Positions 1 to 10,536 of a stretch of DNA of 36,867 nt are shown here, piece after piece. The stretch is from Cyanophora paradoxa CCMP329 (taxonomy: Eukaryota; Plantae; Glaucophyta). Made by a program: the position numbers and the translations under genes. The notes under the pieces are model-generated. The model did not search any database and was not told where the DNA came from. It saw only the letters and a program-made list of their open reading frames with translations. The stretch is taken from NCBI GenBank assembly GCA_004431415.1, contig QPMI01000373.1:1-36867 (forward strand). Direction: 5' to 3'. Every line of letters starts with the position of its first letter. Within the stretch, counting starts at the first letter, position 1.

Positions 1-3000
1 GCACGGCGTCGCACTGGGCGGAGAGGGCGTCCATCGCCGCCCGCAGCGCCCCCGCCGCCGCCTGCCGGCCCCGCTCAGCCCCGAGCCCGGGGCGGCGGCG
101 GGGCGGGGCGGGGGCTCGGGCTCGAGGGGCGCACGAGGGCGCCGCGCAGGCCGGCCTCCTCCCCCGGGCGGCCGGCGGGGCCCGCGCCCGCCTCCGCCTC
201 CGCCCGCCCCGCGCGCCCCTCCGCCTCCGCCACCCGCTGCGCGCGGAGGAAGATGAGCAATGCCCGGAGCGAGGCCAGGGAAGAGAGGGCGGGCGGGCGC
301 GCCCGGTCGCTCTCCGCGCGGAGCGCATCGAGGCTCGCCTGCAGCGCCGCCGCCTGCGCGCGCGCGGGGCTCGAGGGCGGACGAGGGGGCCCAGGCTGTG
401 GCCGCCCGCACCCGCTCCTCGCTGCGGTCGCGGGCGGCGGCGGCGCGCTCGAGGGCCGCCCGCGCGTCCGCCTCCGCCTGCGGCCCGCGTCAGAGGGCAG
501 CAGGCGGGGCGCCTGCCTCGGGGAAGGGCGCGCCTCGGCGAGCTCCTCGAGGCGCTTCTGGAGGGCCTCCGCCCGCGCCGCCGCCTCGCCCGCCCCCGCC
601 CCGCCGCCTCGGCCTCGAGCGGGGTGGCGGGGCGAGGGGAGGCCCTCGGGGCCTCCACGCGGCCTCCAGCAGCGCCTGCCACAGCCGCCGCCCCAGCTGC
701 TCCTGCGCGGGGGAGCCTCGACTCGGGGAGGAGGGGAGGTCGGGGGCGGGGCGGGCGGGCCTGGAAGCGGAGGGCGTCGTTGAGGGCGGCGGAGCGCTGC
801 CGCTCCCGCTCGACGCTCCGCTCCCGCTCCGCGGCCCGGGCGCGGGCCGTCTCGAGGGCCGCCCCGAGGCGCGCCACCTCGTCCGTCCGCTCCTCCAGCG
901 CCCGCCACACCCCCGCCAGGCCCTCCCGCTCCCCGGCCCCGCCCTCGCGCTCTGCCGCCGCCGCCGTCCCGCCCGGCTGCTGCGGCTGCTGCTCCGGGGT
1001 CGGCGAGGGCCTGGGGGGTAGACGGTCAGGCAGAGGCAGAGAGGCAGGGAGAGGGGCGGGTGCGCGCAGGAGCGAGAGGGGCCGCGCGAAGGAGGCGGCG
1101 TCGCCGCGCTCGGGGGGCGCGTGCGCGTGCGCCCCGGGCCCACGCGTCCGCTCCGCCCCGTGCAGCGCGCCAGCTCCCGCCTCGCCGCGTCCAGCTGCCG
1201 CTGCCGCCGGCCGCGGAGGATAAGGATTAGGGGGTCGGCACGAGCAGGGCGCGAGCTCCGGGCGGGGCTCGTTGCACACGTTGAGGTCGCGGATGACCTC
1301 GTAGGCCTCGGCCTCCTGCGGGCGCCTCGGGCTCTGGGCGGGGCGAGCGGGGCCGGCGGGGCGGACGCCGTGGAGGGCGCGGTCGCGCTGGTAGCGCTCC
1401 TGCGGGCCGGGCCGGGGCGCCTCGGGCGGGGGCGCGGGGAGGGGGCGGGGGGCGCGCCCTGGCGATCTCGAGGGCGGCGTGCTGGGCCACCTCCACCTGC
1501 CCCGCGACGCCCCAGCGCCCGCCCCTCACGCCCCGGCGGCCGGCAAGGCGGGGCGGGAGGGGCCCCCGCGCCTCGCGCCGCTGGCACTGCACCAGCGTGC
1601 TGCGAGGGCGCTTCAGGAGAGGGTGGAGGGGCGGGAGCAGGGGCGGGGCGGACTCGGCGGCCTCCTGCTCGCGGCGGGCGGCCTCGCGCAGCTTCGCCGC
1701 CGCCTCCTCGGCGCTCTCCGTGCCGGCCGCCGCCTCCGGGGCCGCGGGGCGGCGGGCGGCGCGGATTTCGTCGATTGCTAGCTCGGTGGCGCGGCCCTCG
1801 GCGCCCCGCAGCGCCGCCACCTCGCCCCGCAGCGCCTCCGCCGAGGCGAGCGCCGCCGCCAGCTGCCGCGCGAGCTCCTCCCGCTCCGCCCGCTCCTCCG
1901 CCAGCGCCGTCCCGGGCGCCCACGCCTCTGCGGCCGGGGCCCCCGCCGCCGCCCGCTGCCGCGTGCCTCAGCGGAAGGGAGAGGAGGGGAGCCTGTGGGC
2001 GGGCGCGGACTCGAGCTCGGCGGCGCGGCGCGGGCGGCCGCCAGCTCCGCCTCGAGGCCCCCGATCTGCGCCGGCTGAGACGGGGCGGGGCGGGGCGGGG
2101 CGGGGCGGGCCCGCTCGTCGGCCTCGCGGAGGCGTCGGCGGCGCGGCGCGGAGCTCCTCGAGGGCCACCGCCGCCGCGCCCCGCACCTCCTCCAGCGCCG
2201 CCGGCGCCGCCCCCGCCGCCTCCGCGCCAGCGCCCCCCGCAGCCGCTCGTTCTCCCGCCGCAGCGCCGCCGCCTGGCGCGGGAGACGAGCGCTCAGGCGG
2301 CTTGCAGGACGACCGGCGGCGGCGGCGGCGGCGGCGGCGGCGTGCCTCCTTGCTGAAGCGCTCGGCGTCTGCGAGGTGGGCGCCCAGGACGGCCTCCGCC
2401 TCCCGCGCCCGCTCCTCCTCCAGCGCCCCCTCCAGCGCCTCCCGCCTCTGACGGGCCGCCTGAGGAGCCGGCGGGACGCGCGGGCGGGCGGCGGGGCGGC
2501 GGGGCGTCGCGCCTCGATCTGGGCGGCGAGGCGGCGGCGGAGCGCCTCCGCCCGCTCCTGCTCGTGCCGCACCTGCCGCCCCCGTTCGGACGGCGCCGGA
2601 GGTCTGCCGGCCGGCGGCGGGCGGGCGGGCGCACGCGGGCGCGGCAGCGCTCGCGCTCATCGTCGCGCGCCGCCTCCTCCGCGTCCGCCGCCTGGCGCGG
2701 GGTCAGGTGAGCGGGGGAGGAGGGCGGGGCGGCGGGCGGGCCTCGTCCTCCTCGCTGGCGAGGCGGGCGGAGAGGTCCTTCACGGAGGCCTCCGCCACCG
2801 CCAGCCACGCCCGCAGCTGCCAAAGCGCCCCTCAGACGCCGGCGGCGGCGGCAGAGGCGGGCGGGCGGGGGCGGGGGGCGCGCCTCGTCTTCGCGGCGGC
2901 GGCGGCGCGGAGGGCCCGCCCCGGGTCCTCCGCACGTCCTCGTACCCCTCCGTCTGCTGCGCCTCGTCCGCGAGCGGCGCCCCGGCCTCCGCCCAGGCCT

Positions 3001-5361
3001 CCGCCGGCGGCGGCTCGGGGGAGGCGGCGCGGCGCGGCGCCATGCGCGCCGCCAGCGCGTCCCTGCGGCCGGCGCCTCCGCACGGGCGGCAGAGGCGGGC
3101 AGGGGGGGGGGGGGGCACCGCTGGGCGTGGAGGCTGAGGAGGTCGCGTGTGGCTCGCGAGAGCGCCTCCCGCAGCGTCTCCTCCCCGCCCCACTCGTCCT
3201 CCCCGCCGCCCCAGCCCCCGCCTCGCCCCTGCCGGCCGCGTCGGATGCGGGCGGGGCGGGGCGCGAAGGACGGGCGGGGGGCGTGCCCGATGCCGGCGAG
3301 ACGGGCGGCGAGGGCGTCGCGGGCGCGGTGGAGGGCGAGCGTGTCACTCGTCGCCCGCGCCAGCTCCTCCTCCCCGCCCCGCCTGCCCCGCCCCCTCGCC
3401 CCGGCTGGGCGGGCCGGGCCGGCGGGGACGGCGTCTGGAGCGGACCCGGTGCCGGCGAGGGCGAGGGCGGCGGCCTCGCGCGCGGTGGCGATGTCGCTGG
3501 GGCGCGTGAGGCTCGGGGGCGGGCGGACGGCGGGGCGGCACCGGACGAGGTCGGCGATGCGGTCGGCGGCGTCGGCGTGCGCCGCCCGCTCGAGCTCGTC
3601 TGCGGCCCCGCTCAGAGGGGGAGGGGGCGGGGGCCGGGGGCGCGCCCTTGAGGGCCCCGCGAAGTCGTCCCCGAGGGCCCCGCTCGCCGCCACCTCCGCC
3701 ATCCCCAGCCGCGCCTGGCCCCCCGCCCTCAGCGAGGCAGCCCGCGGCCGGCAGGCGCGCCGGCGGCGGGCCTGCAGCGCGAGGTTCTCCTGGCGGGCGG
3801 CGATGAGGTGCATCTCGAGCTCCGCCACGCGCGACGCGAGCTCGTCCCTGCGCGCGGGGAGGAGTGAAGCGGGGCGGGGGGCGGGGGGGCGGGAAGCGTG
3901 CGTCTCGGCGGAGGCGGCGGAGGCGTCGTCGGAGTCGAAGCCGAGGGCGGCGAGGGCGGCGGGCGGCGCCCACTCCCGCAGCTGCCGCCGCGCCGCCCGC
4001 GCCCGCTCCCGCTCCGCCGCCAGCGCCGCGTCCCGCTCCGCCACCGCCTGCGCCCCCGAATGACACGGGCGCGGAAGAGAGCGAGGGCGGGGAGGGGGCG
4101 GGCGCGCGGCCTGCAGCTCGGTGATCTCCCGCTCCATCTCCGCCGCCTCGTTCTGGTCCTCCACCAGTAGCCGCGCCGCTGCGCCTTCTCAGCCCCGCCA
4201 CCGCGCGGCGCCGCGCGACTGCCAGCGCACCGTTCGTGAGGGCGCGCCCGCGCTCGTCCGCGAGGCGCTCGGAGGTCTCGCAGGGGTCGCAGGGCCCGTG
4301 CAAGTGCGCCGGCGGCTCGAGCAGCTCGCCGCCCGGGCTCGCCGCCGGCGCCGAGGGCGACCGCGTATCGAAGCCCGGCGCGGCGGCGCCGTCCGGCGTC
4401 GTCGGCTCCACCACCTCGCACGAGGAGAAGGGCTCGCGCACCTGCTTCGCCCCCAACGCGGGATCAAATTCGCCGCTGGGCGGGGCGCGCGGGCCGGGGC
4501 GCGCGGGCCGGGGCGCGCGGGGCGCGCGCGGGCGAACGGAGGTGGCGGCGTAACGGGAGCTGTAGCGGAACGACTCGCCCGCCGCATCGAAGTCCTCTTC
4601 GGCGGACTCGATGGTGACGGCCGGGGCGGCCGCCTCCGCCGCCGCTGCCGCCTCCCGGGCCGCCCCCTCCGCCGCCGGCGCCTCCAGCTCCTCTTCGAAG
4701 TCGACGTCGGCGTCGGGCACCGACTCGCCTCCCGCGGTGGACAGTTCGTCCCCCTCGGCGCTCACCGCCGCCGGCCCCGCGCTGCGCTGTCGAATCAGCG
4801 AAGGCCTCTCGGATTGAAAGCGCGGTCGACGTCTGCCGGCGAACCGTCTTGCGGGCGGCTGGTGAGACGATCCCGCTGTGGCCAGCGTGGCCAGCGCCTC
4901 AGCGTCCCGAATCTCGACGTAATCGTGCAAGCGCCGAAGGCGGTCGCGAAGCGCCTGCAGGTCGCGGAGAGCAGACTCGCGCACGCGCGCCGCAGATTCG
5001 ACGCTCGACTCCGCCGCGACCAAGCGATGAGCGAGGCTCTCAGCATAAGCACGTTGCTCTGCGAGAGCGACCTCCAGACTCTGCGCGTAGTCGCGCTGCG
5101 CGAAAAGCTCCCGCGTCTGCCAAGCCAGTGCTTCCTGCGCCGCAAATCGTGTCAGCGAGCTCGAGCTCCAGATGCCGGATCGGCGCGCGCGGGGGTTGAG
5201 CCCGACGCGCGCGCGGGGCGCGCTCTTCACTTTGCGAGCACCTCGAGGGCCGAATTTTGAGCCCGGAGATCGTCGTTCAGTTGCAAAAGGTCTCGATTCT
5301 GAATTTGCGTAATCGCAAGAGTGCGCCGGCATTCTTGCATGGCGAGCTCAGCCGCGAACAT
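1..5361 (-). CDS. Large multi-exon coiled-coil protein of unknown function; 3' end runs off the window
   Basis: Spliced exons give heptad-rich E/A/R/L sequence (MFAAELAMQECRRTLAITQIQNRDLLQLNDDLRAQNSALE|EALAWQTRELFAQRDYAQSLEVALAEQRAYAESLAHRL...; DELASRVAELEMHLIAARQENLALQ) separated by short GT-AG and GC-AG introns, e.g. CAG|GCCCGC...CAG at 3771-3715. Start uncertain: an upstream ATG at 5578 can also be spliced in frame. Some junctions need homopolymer indels. Confidence 0.7.
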
Positions 5362-5592
5362 TTGTTCGAATTTGATCGCGCCCCTGCAGACAATGTGCAA
5401 GCTCAGCAGCGTGATTAAAGTTTCGAGACAGCACGTACGCTTGATCCTGTTGGCGGCAGATCGCAGATAGCCGGTGCCGCCTCTCGGTTGAATTTTGCGG
5501 TACCCTGCGCCAGGGGTGGCTTCTTGCGTCTGGTTCGGTTGATGCGGACGAAGTTGCCGCTTCGGTAGAAGCAAACATACATCGATCAACCT
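5362..5592. promoter_or_regulatory. Short lower-GC divergent region, putative bidirectional promoter
   Basis: Lies between head-to-head starts of the coiled-coil gene (-) and the ATP-grasp gene (+); GC content drops here. Confidence 0.4.
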
Positions 5593-7823
5593 ATGACATT
5601 TGACACCTCCGGCAAGCGGCTGCTGGTAGTGGGTGCCGGCTATGAAGGTGATATCGATGCTGACGCCGACGCGCCGTCACGGCTCTGATACGTACGCCTC
5701 TCGAATGCAGGCAAGAAGTTCATCTTCGATCAGCTCTTCGAGATGGGCGTGCGGGTCGTCTTGGTCGACGGTGCAGACTGCGGCGAGTGGGCCCGGATCC
5801 ATCCCGCAGTCGAGGTACGGCTTGCTCTGAAGATACGCCTAGCCTTGAAAATATGCCTAGAAGCCTCGCTTCAGGCGCGTACGTGCGCGTACGCAACCGG
5901 TACGTTTTGATCAACGACGTCGACGTCGCGCGCAGCATCTCCTCGAGGTGGAGATGGGGAACGAGGACGCAGCTACAGCTGATGTGGTTAGATTAGTGAA
6001 GGCCCTTGGGAAACCGATCGACGGCCTGTACAGTGAGCCCCTACCGACCCGGTAAGGTCGCGCGCCTGATCGGGCCGCCCGTCTCTTGGAGCAGATTTTT
6101 GGGAGAACGACGTGGCTCTGGCAGGCAAGGTCAGCATGCGTACGCGTGCTCCACGTCGCCCCGGCCGCGACGCTGACCCGAAATTTCGCTGCCACCCGCG
6201 TGCAGCTCGGCGAGGCCCTCGGCCTAAAGCGCTGCAACTCGGCTCGCTCTGCGGAGATCTGCAAAAGCAAGGTTGGCGATGTGGGGCCCGGCGAGTCCCG
6301 CTAGCTTGACGCTGGGCCGCGCCGGGCGGCAGCTCCTGACGCGAGAGGCCCTGGCCGCGGCGGGCCTGCCGTCCCCGAAGTTCTACAAGATCCGCAACGC
6401 GGAGGACCTGGAGGAGGCGATCAAGTCGGTCCCCTTCCCGGCGGTCCTGAAGCCCCAGTTCGGGGCGGACGCTCAAGGGGCGACCAAATGCTTGGGCCCT
6501 GAGGACGTGCGCCGCTCGTGGGCCAGCAACCTCAAGCTCCTCAACGTCGAGTACGACGTGCGCCGCCGGCGCTGGAGCCGGGACGCGTTGCTCTCGCCGC
6601 TGAGGCCCGGGGGCACGCGGGGGGCAGGCGATCTACAAGCACGGCTGTGACCACGTGCTGGAGCAGTACCTCGACGGCGAGGAGGTTGACGTCGACCTTC
6701 TCCTCGACGACGGCCGCGTCGTGCGCCCCTCCCCTCCCTCTCCTTTCCCTTCCCTTCCCTTTCCTTTCCTTCTCCTTTCCTTTATTTTCTTTCCCTTTCC
6801 TTCCCTTCATTATTCCTTGCCGACGGGGCGGCGCGGGCAGATCTTCCAGTCGATCACGGACAACTGGCCGACGAACGAGCCCGACTTCGTGAACACGGGG
6901 GCCAACCTGCCCTCCCGCCTCCCCGCCGACAAGCAGGAGGCGCTCATCAGCCTCGCGATCCGCGCCTGTGCGCCGCGGCCCCGCATCGAGTCCCTCGGCT
7001 CGCTCAGCGGGGCGCAGCGGTGGAGGGGGCGGGCCTGCGGTACGGCTGCGTGCACGTGGAGGCCAAGTACACGTCGCGGGACGGCCCGCACATCGTCGAG
7101 ATCAACGGCCGCATGGGTGCGCCCCCGCCCCCTCTCCTTACTCCGCCCCCCGGGTCCTGATCGAGAGCGGGGGCAGCGGGGACGCCGTACCCGCACTGGA
7201 TGCAGCACGTGTGGGGGGTGGATCTGGTGGAGGCGCACGTGCGGGTGGCCCTCGGGCTCCCCTGCCGCCTGCACAAGGCCCCCGAGCCGCTCTGGCACAT
7301 CGTCGGCCTCTACTACCTCCAGGAGCGCCCGGGGCAGCTCACGGCGGAGATGGAGCGCCGCATGGAGAGACTCGAGCACGACGACCCCTCGTCTTCGAGG
7401 CCCGCCCGCCCGCGCCCCCTCGCCCCGGGCGCCGCCGCGCTGACCGGGCCGCCGGCTCGCGCTCGCGCAGGCGCACTGGGAGTTCCACGCGCCGCACGCG
7501 TTCGGGCCGGGGCCGCACCGCGAGATCGCGTACGTGACGTGCCGCTCCCGGCGCTCCTACGAGGAGGCCGCCCGCCACCTCCGCGAGATCTGCGCCGTGC
7601 GGCCCCTCCACCCGATCCCGCCCCGCCCGCCCTGACCCCTGCGCAGGCGCCCGGCGCGGTGCCGGACTTCGCGGTGGCGCGGATGCCGAGCCTGACGCCC
7701 ATCCCGGGCCTGCAGGGCGGCGTCGCCGGCAAGCGCCTCTCGGCCGGCACGCCGGTCGCCCCCGAGGGCCCCGCCCGCCGCCTCTCCGTCGGCGACGAGG
7801 CCGGCGCCACGACTGCCGCCTGA
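5593..7823 (+). CDS. ATP-grasp amino-acid/peptide ligase, carnosine synthase 1 (CARNS1/ATPGD1)-like, single ATP-grasp unit; 12 exons
   Basis: Spliced product MTFDTSGKRLLVVGAGYEGKKFIFDQLFEMGVRVVLVDG...IDGLYNFWENDV...PFPAVLKPQFGADAQG...VLEQYLDGEEVDVDLLLDDGRVIFQSITDNWPTNEPDFVNTGANLPSRL...HVEAKYTSRDGPHIVEINGRMAG...WGVDLVEAHVRVALG. ATP-grasp motifs (LKP.FG, EQYL.G.E, EIN.R) match the C-terminal half of animal CARNS1 as I recall it. One missing C near 7386 is restored in the duplicate copy. Confidence 0.85.
6726..6808 (+). repeat. Polypyrimidine/polypurine tract inside the 120-nt intron 6721-6840 (second copy ~16838-16920)
   Basis: About 83 nt of C/T with a single A; imperfect mirror symmetry (cttcccttcc...ccttcccttc). 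Confidence 0.9.
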
Positions 7824-8383
7824 GCGCGAGCCGCTGAGCAGCCGCTCAGCGCTCGGCGGCGCCCGGCGGCCGCCTGCCGCACACAGGCCATAGCTTCTGG
7901 CGATGGCCCTGGGGTCTCCGCGCGCGGTTTCGTCGGCCTCATGATCGCCTTCCAAACGACCGACCCAACTTTCTCCCAGTGGCTCGCCCACTCCACACCG
8001 ATCCCATGCACATAGTGTCCAGCTTTATCGGGTTCCTTCACACTTGCACAGACGTCGACTTCTCTCCATCCTTTGCTTTTCGATTGCTCAAGCTTTCCGA
8101 TCATCGAATTTCCGCTTCGCAGTATAATTAGCAGCCAGCAGCTCCGCTGCCTTCATTTTCAAGAAAGCGTATTTACATCGACATTTTCCGACGTGAACCC
8201 TTTGTCCATTGCGAGCTAGATTTGAACGAGGAATCCGTTGAACCTTCGAGAAATTTACAGAGTAATCACAACACGGACATTTGACGTGGCCGTGACGATA
8301 ATGCAAAGATATTTGTACTGAATCCGAGCCTGTACATATGCATGTGCAGCGAATCGGGCGAGCAGCAGCCGCCCGCCTCATGA

Positions 8384-10256
8384 TCACTCCCGCCCGCCGA
8401 GATGCATGTGCGCCATCTGCGGGGGCGCGCTCGAGGTCAAGGGGGCGGTACCGGTGGGCGCATCGAGCGGCACGCTGGGCGGGGCGGGGCCCGGCCTTGT
8501 GCGCGAACTCCTCGAGTGCCTGCGAAGCAAAGGGGCGGAGGTGAGGGCCAGTGGGCCCCGCGGGGGACGGGCCGCGCGCCTCTGTCTGCCGCTTCTCCTC
8601 GCGACCCTCACGCAGGCCCTGGGGCCGGGGGTTGGACGAGGGCGCGGAGACGAGGCGGCGGGGCGCGGGCACGAGGTGGCGGGCGCCGTAGAGGGCGTGC
8701 GGGGCGGCGGCGTGGCCGAAGCTGGGCGCTGGGGCGATGCCCGGGCGGTCCGCGACGATGTGGCCCTCCGCCGGGCCCGCGTGCCCGTGCGAGTGGTGCG
8801 CGTGCACCCGCCCCGCCACCGCTGCCCCCCGCCCCCTCGCCCGGGCCCGGCCGGCACGCGGGGCCGCGCGCCGCGTCGCGCCGCGCACCGCCGGAGAGGG
8901 CCTCCCGCATGAGGTGCGACTAGGGCGGCGTGGAGGGAGCGGGGCGGGGGCGCGGGGCGGGGCGGGCGGACGGCGCGGCGCTCCTCGAGGGCGCGGGTGA
9001 CGAGGGCGTAGGCCTCCTCGTGCGACATGTCAGCCGGGATCACCACCCGCCACCCCTTGCTCGTGTCGTACACCTGCGAATGCCTCCCGTGAACAAGGCG
9101 AGGGAGGGGCCACGGGCGCGCGCACTTCGCCCCACTGCGTGAGCGTCGGCGTCAGGCGCAGCCTTCGAGCGGGCGGGGGCGGCCGGACCTCGAGCGCGGA
9201 CGGGTCCTGCCCCGGGCGCACGACCATCTCCGTGCGCTCTGCTCCCGGACCTCAGTCGGGGGCCGCCGGGAGTCGGGGGAGGGGGAGGGGGAGGGTGCGG
9301 CGGGCCGGGGGGAACGGGCTGGTGGTACGTGAGGGCGTGCATCTCGTCGAGCTTCCGCAGCGCGTACGCCGTCGCGTTCCCCGCGCTCATCCACGACGGG
9401 ATCGGAATCACGTACCCCGACGTCGTCTCCACCACCTGCGCGGCCCCTCGGGTCAGCGGGGCCGATGCGGGGGCGGGGAGGGCGGGGGCGGGGCGGACGC
9501 CGCGGGTGTGGGCCTTGGGGCGGGCGGCGAGCTTCTCGTGGACGTACTCCTGCTCGAAGGCGGGGTTGAGGCCCCGCGGCACGACGACGCGGAACAGGTC
9601 GTGGTCCACCGCCATGTGCCCCGCGCACGGCGGCGTCTGGAACACCTCTGCGCCACCGGCGGCGTCGGCGACGACGTCCGAATCGGGAACACTGCCAAGT
9701 CTCCCCCATGCGCACCGCTGCGCTCCTCCTCGGTCTCCTGCGGGCGTCAGCGCGACGGGCAGATCCCGAGAGCGGGGGCACCGCGCGTCGCGATCGCACC
9801 ATACCCTCAAGGAGCTTGCGACGCCGCTCCAGCGCCATCGCGACCTTGTGCTCGGCCTCCTGCCAGGAGGATCCCGGACGCTGTTCAAGTGCTTGCAATT
9901 TGCGCAAGAGCCGCGTGCCCGACCTCGTTTGAAAGTCCTTCAGGTACCATCACATGAAAGCCAGCTTGCAGGTCAATTTCCTGAGCGCGCTCAGAACTAC
10001 GCGCGCGCTCTCTCTTCGCGGAGATCGAAATACTGAGCGCTCCAAAGCGCTTTCCGCGCGCTGGGCGCGCTTTGATACTCTTCCGTACCGTTTCTGCAAA
10101 AGCTTCGCGGCGCTGCTCGAGCGCGTTGAAGACGTGCGCTTCCGCTTCCGCTACAGTAAGGTGCTCTGGGACGCTGCGCGCGGGGGTGAGGCGGGGCGCT
10201 CTAACGCTTGGACAAGCGGCGCACCGGATCTTGAAGCCCGGGTTCCACGCTTCCAT
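8384..10256 (-). CDS. Protein with five copies of an unrecognised ~30-aa repeat and a His-rich tail; ~15 exons (copy 1)
   Basis: Spliced product contains GFKIRVPEHLTVAEAEAHVFNALEQRR, GFHVMVPEGLSNEEAEHKVAMALERRR, LFRVVVPRGLNPAFEQEYVHEKLAARP, GYVIPIPSWMSAGNATAYALRKLDEMH and GWRVVIPADMSHEEAYALVTRALEERR, then VHAHHSHGH and ...ALEEFAHKMAHMHLGGRE*. Introns e.g. 10224-10174 and 9923-9860 (GT-AG); 9-nt exon at 9134-9126. Confidence 0.75.
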
Positions 10257-10536
10257 GTTTGGCGTTTGAAGTGCGCACACAGCAAGGAAGGGGGGTACAG
10301 TCTGCAAAGCGTGCGCGGCCTCAAATCGTCGTCTGCGCCTTCTCTCGCTCAATTGAAGGTGAGCAGCAGCTTATCGTTACCGGAATCACTTTGCGCAAGG
10401 GCGCCCGGGGGTGAAGCATGCGCTGGTCTGCGCGCGATCCGCCGGCGCTCATCCCAGCGCGCAGGGGCTTGCTGGGTGTTTGCTCAACCGTAACATCCGT
10501 CGTTGACGGTCTCAAAACGACCGGAATACGGCGCAG

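Noticed and set aside
3600-3660. Apparent need for a GG donor in the coiled-coil gene
   Set aside because: One missing G in a homopolymer restores FAGALK-D-ELER with an ordinary GCGCGC donor; such indels are evident elsewhere in this sequence.
75-5332. Many long overlapping Arg/Gly/Pro/Ala-rich ORFs on both strands, here and throughout the window
   Set aside because: Expected from very high GC with few stop codons; they are shadow frames or exon-intron read-through of the spliced genes.
8255-8259. TGTAA on the minus strand downstream of stop codons (also ~26744-26748), resembling the chlorophyte poly(A) signal
   Set aside because: Too few instances of a 5-mer and not seen behind ProRS; cannot be supported without 3'-end data.
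7880-8345. Lower-GC stretch with Cys-rich minus-strand frames (HVKCPCCDY...CRCKY; MIGKLEQSK...), resembling a foreign or zinc-finger fragment
   Set aside because: It lies between two convergent stop codons (7823 and 8384) with no host codon bias or clear gene structure; best explained as 3' UTR or intergenic DNA.
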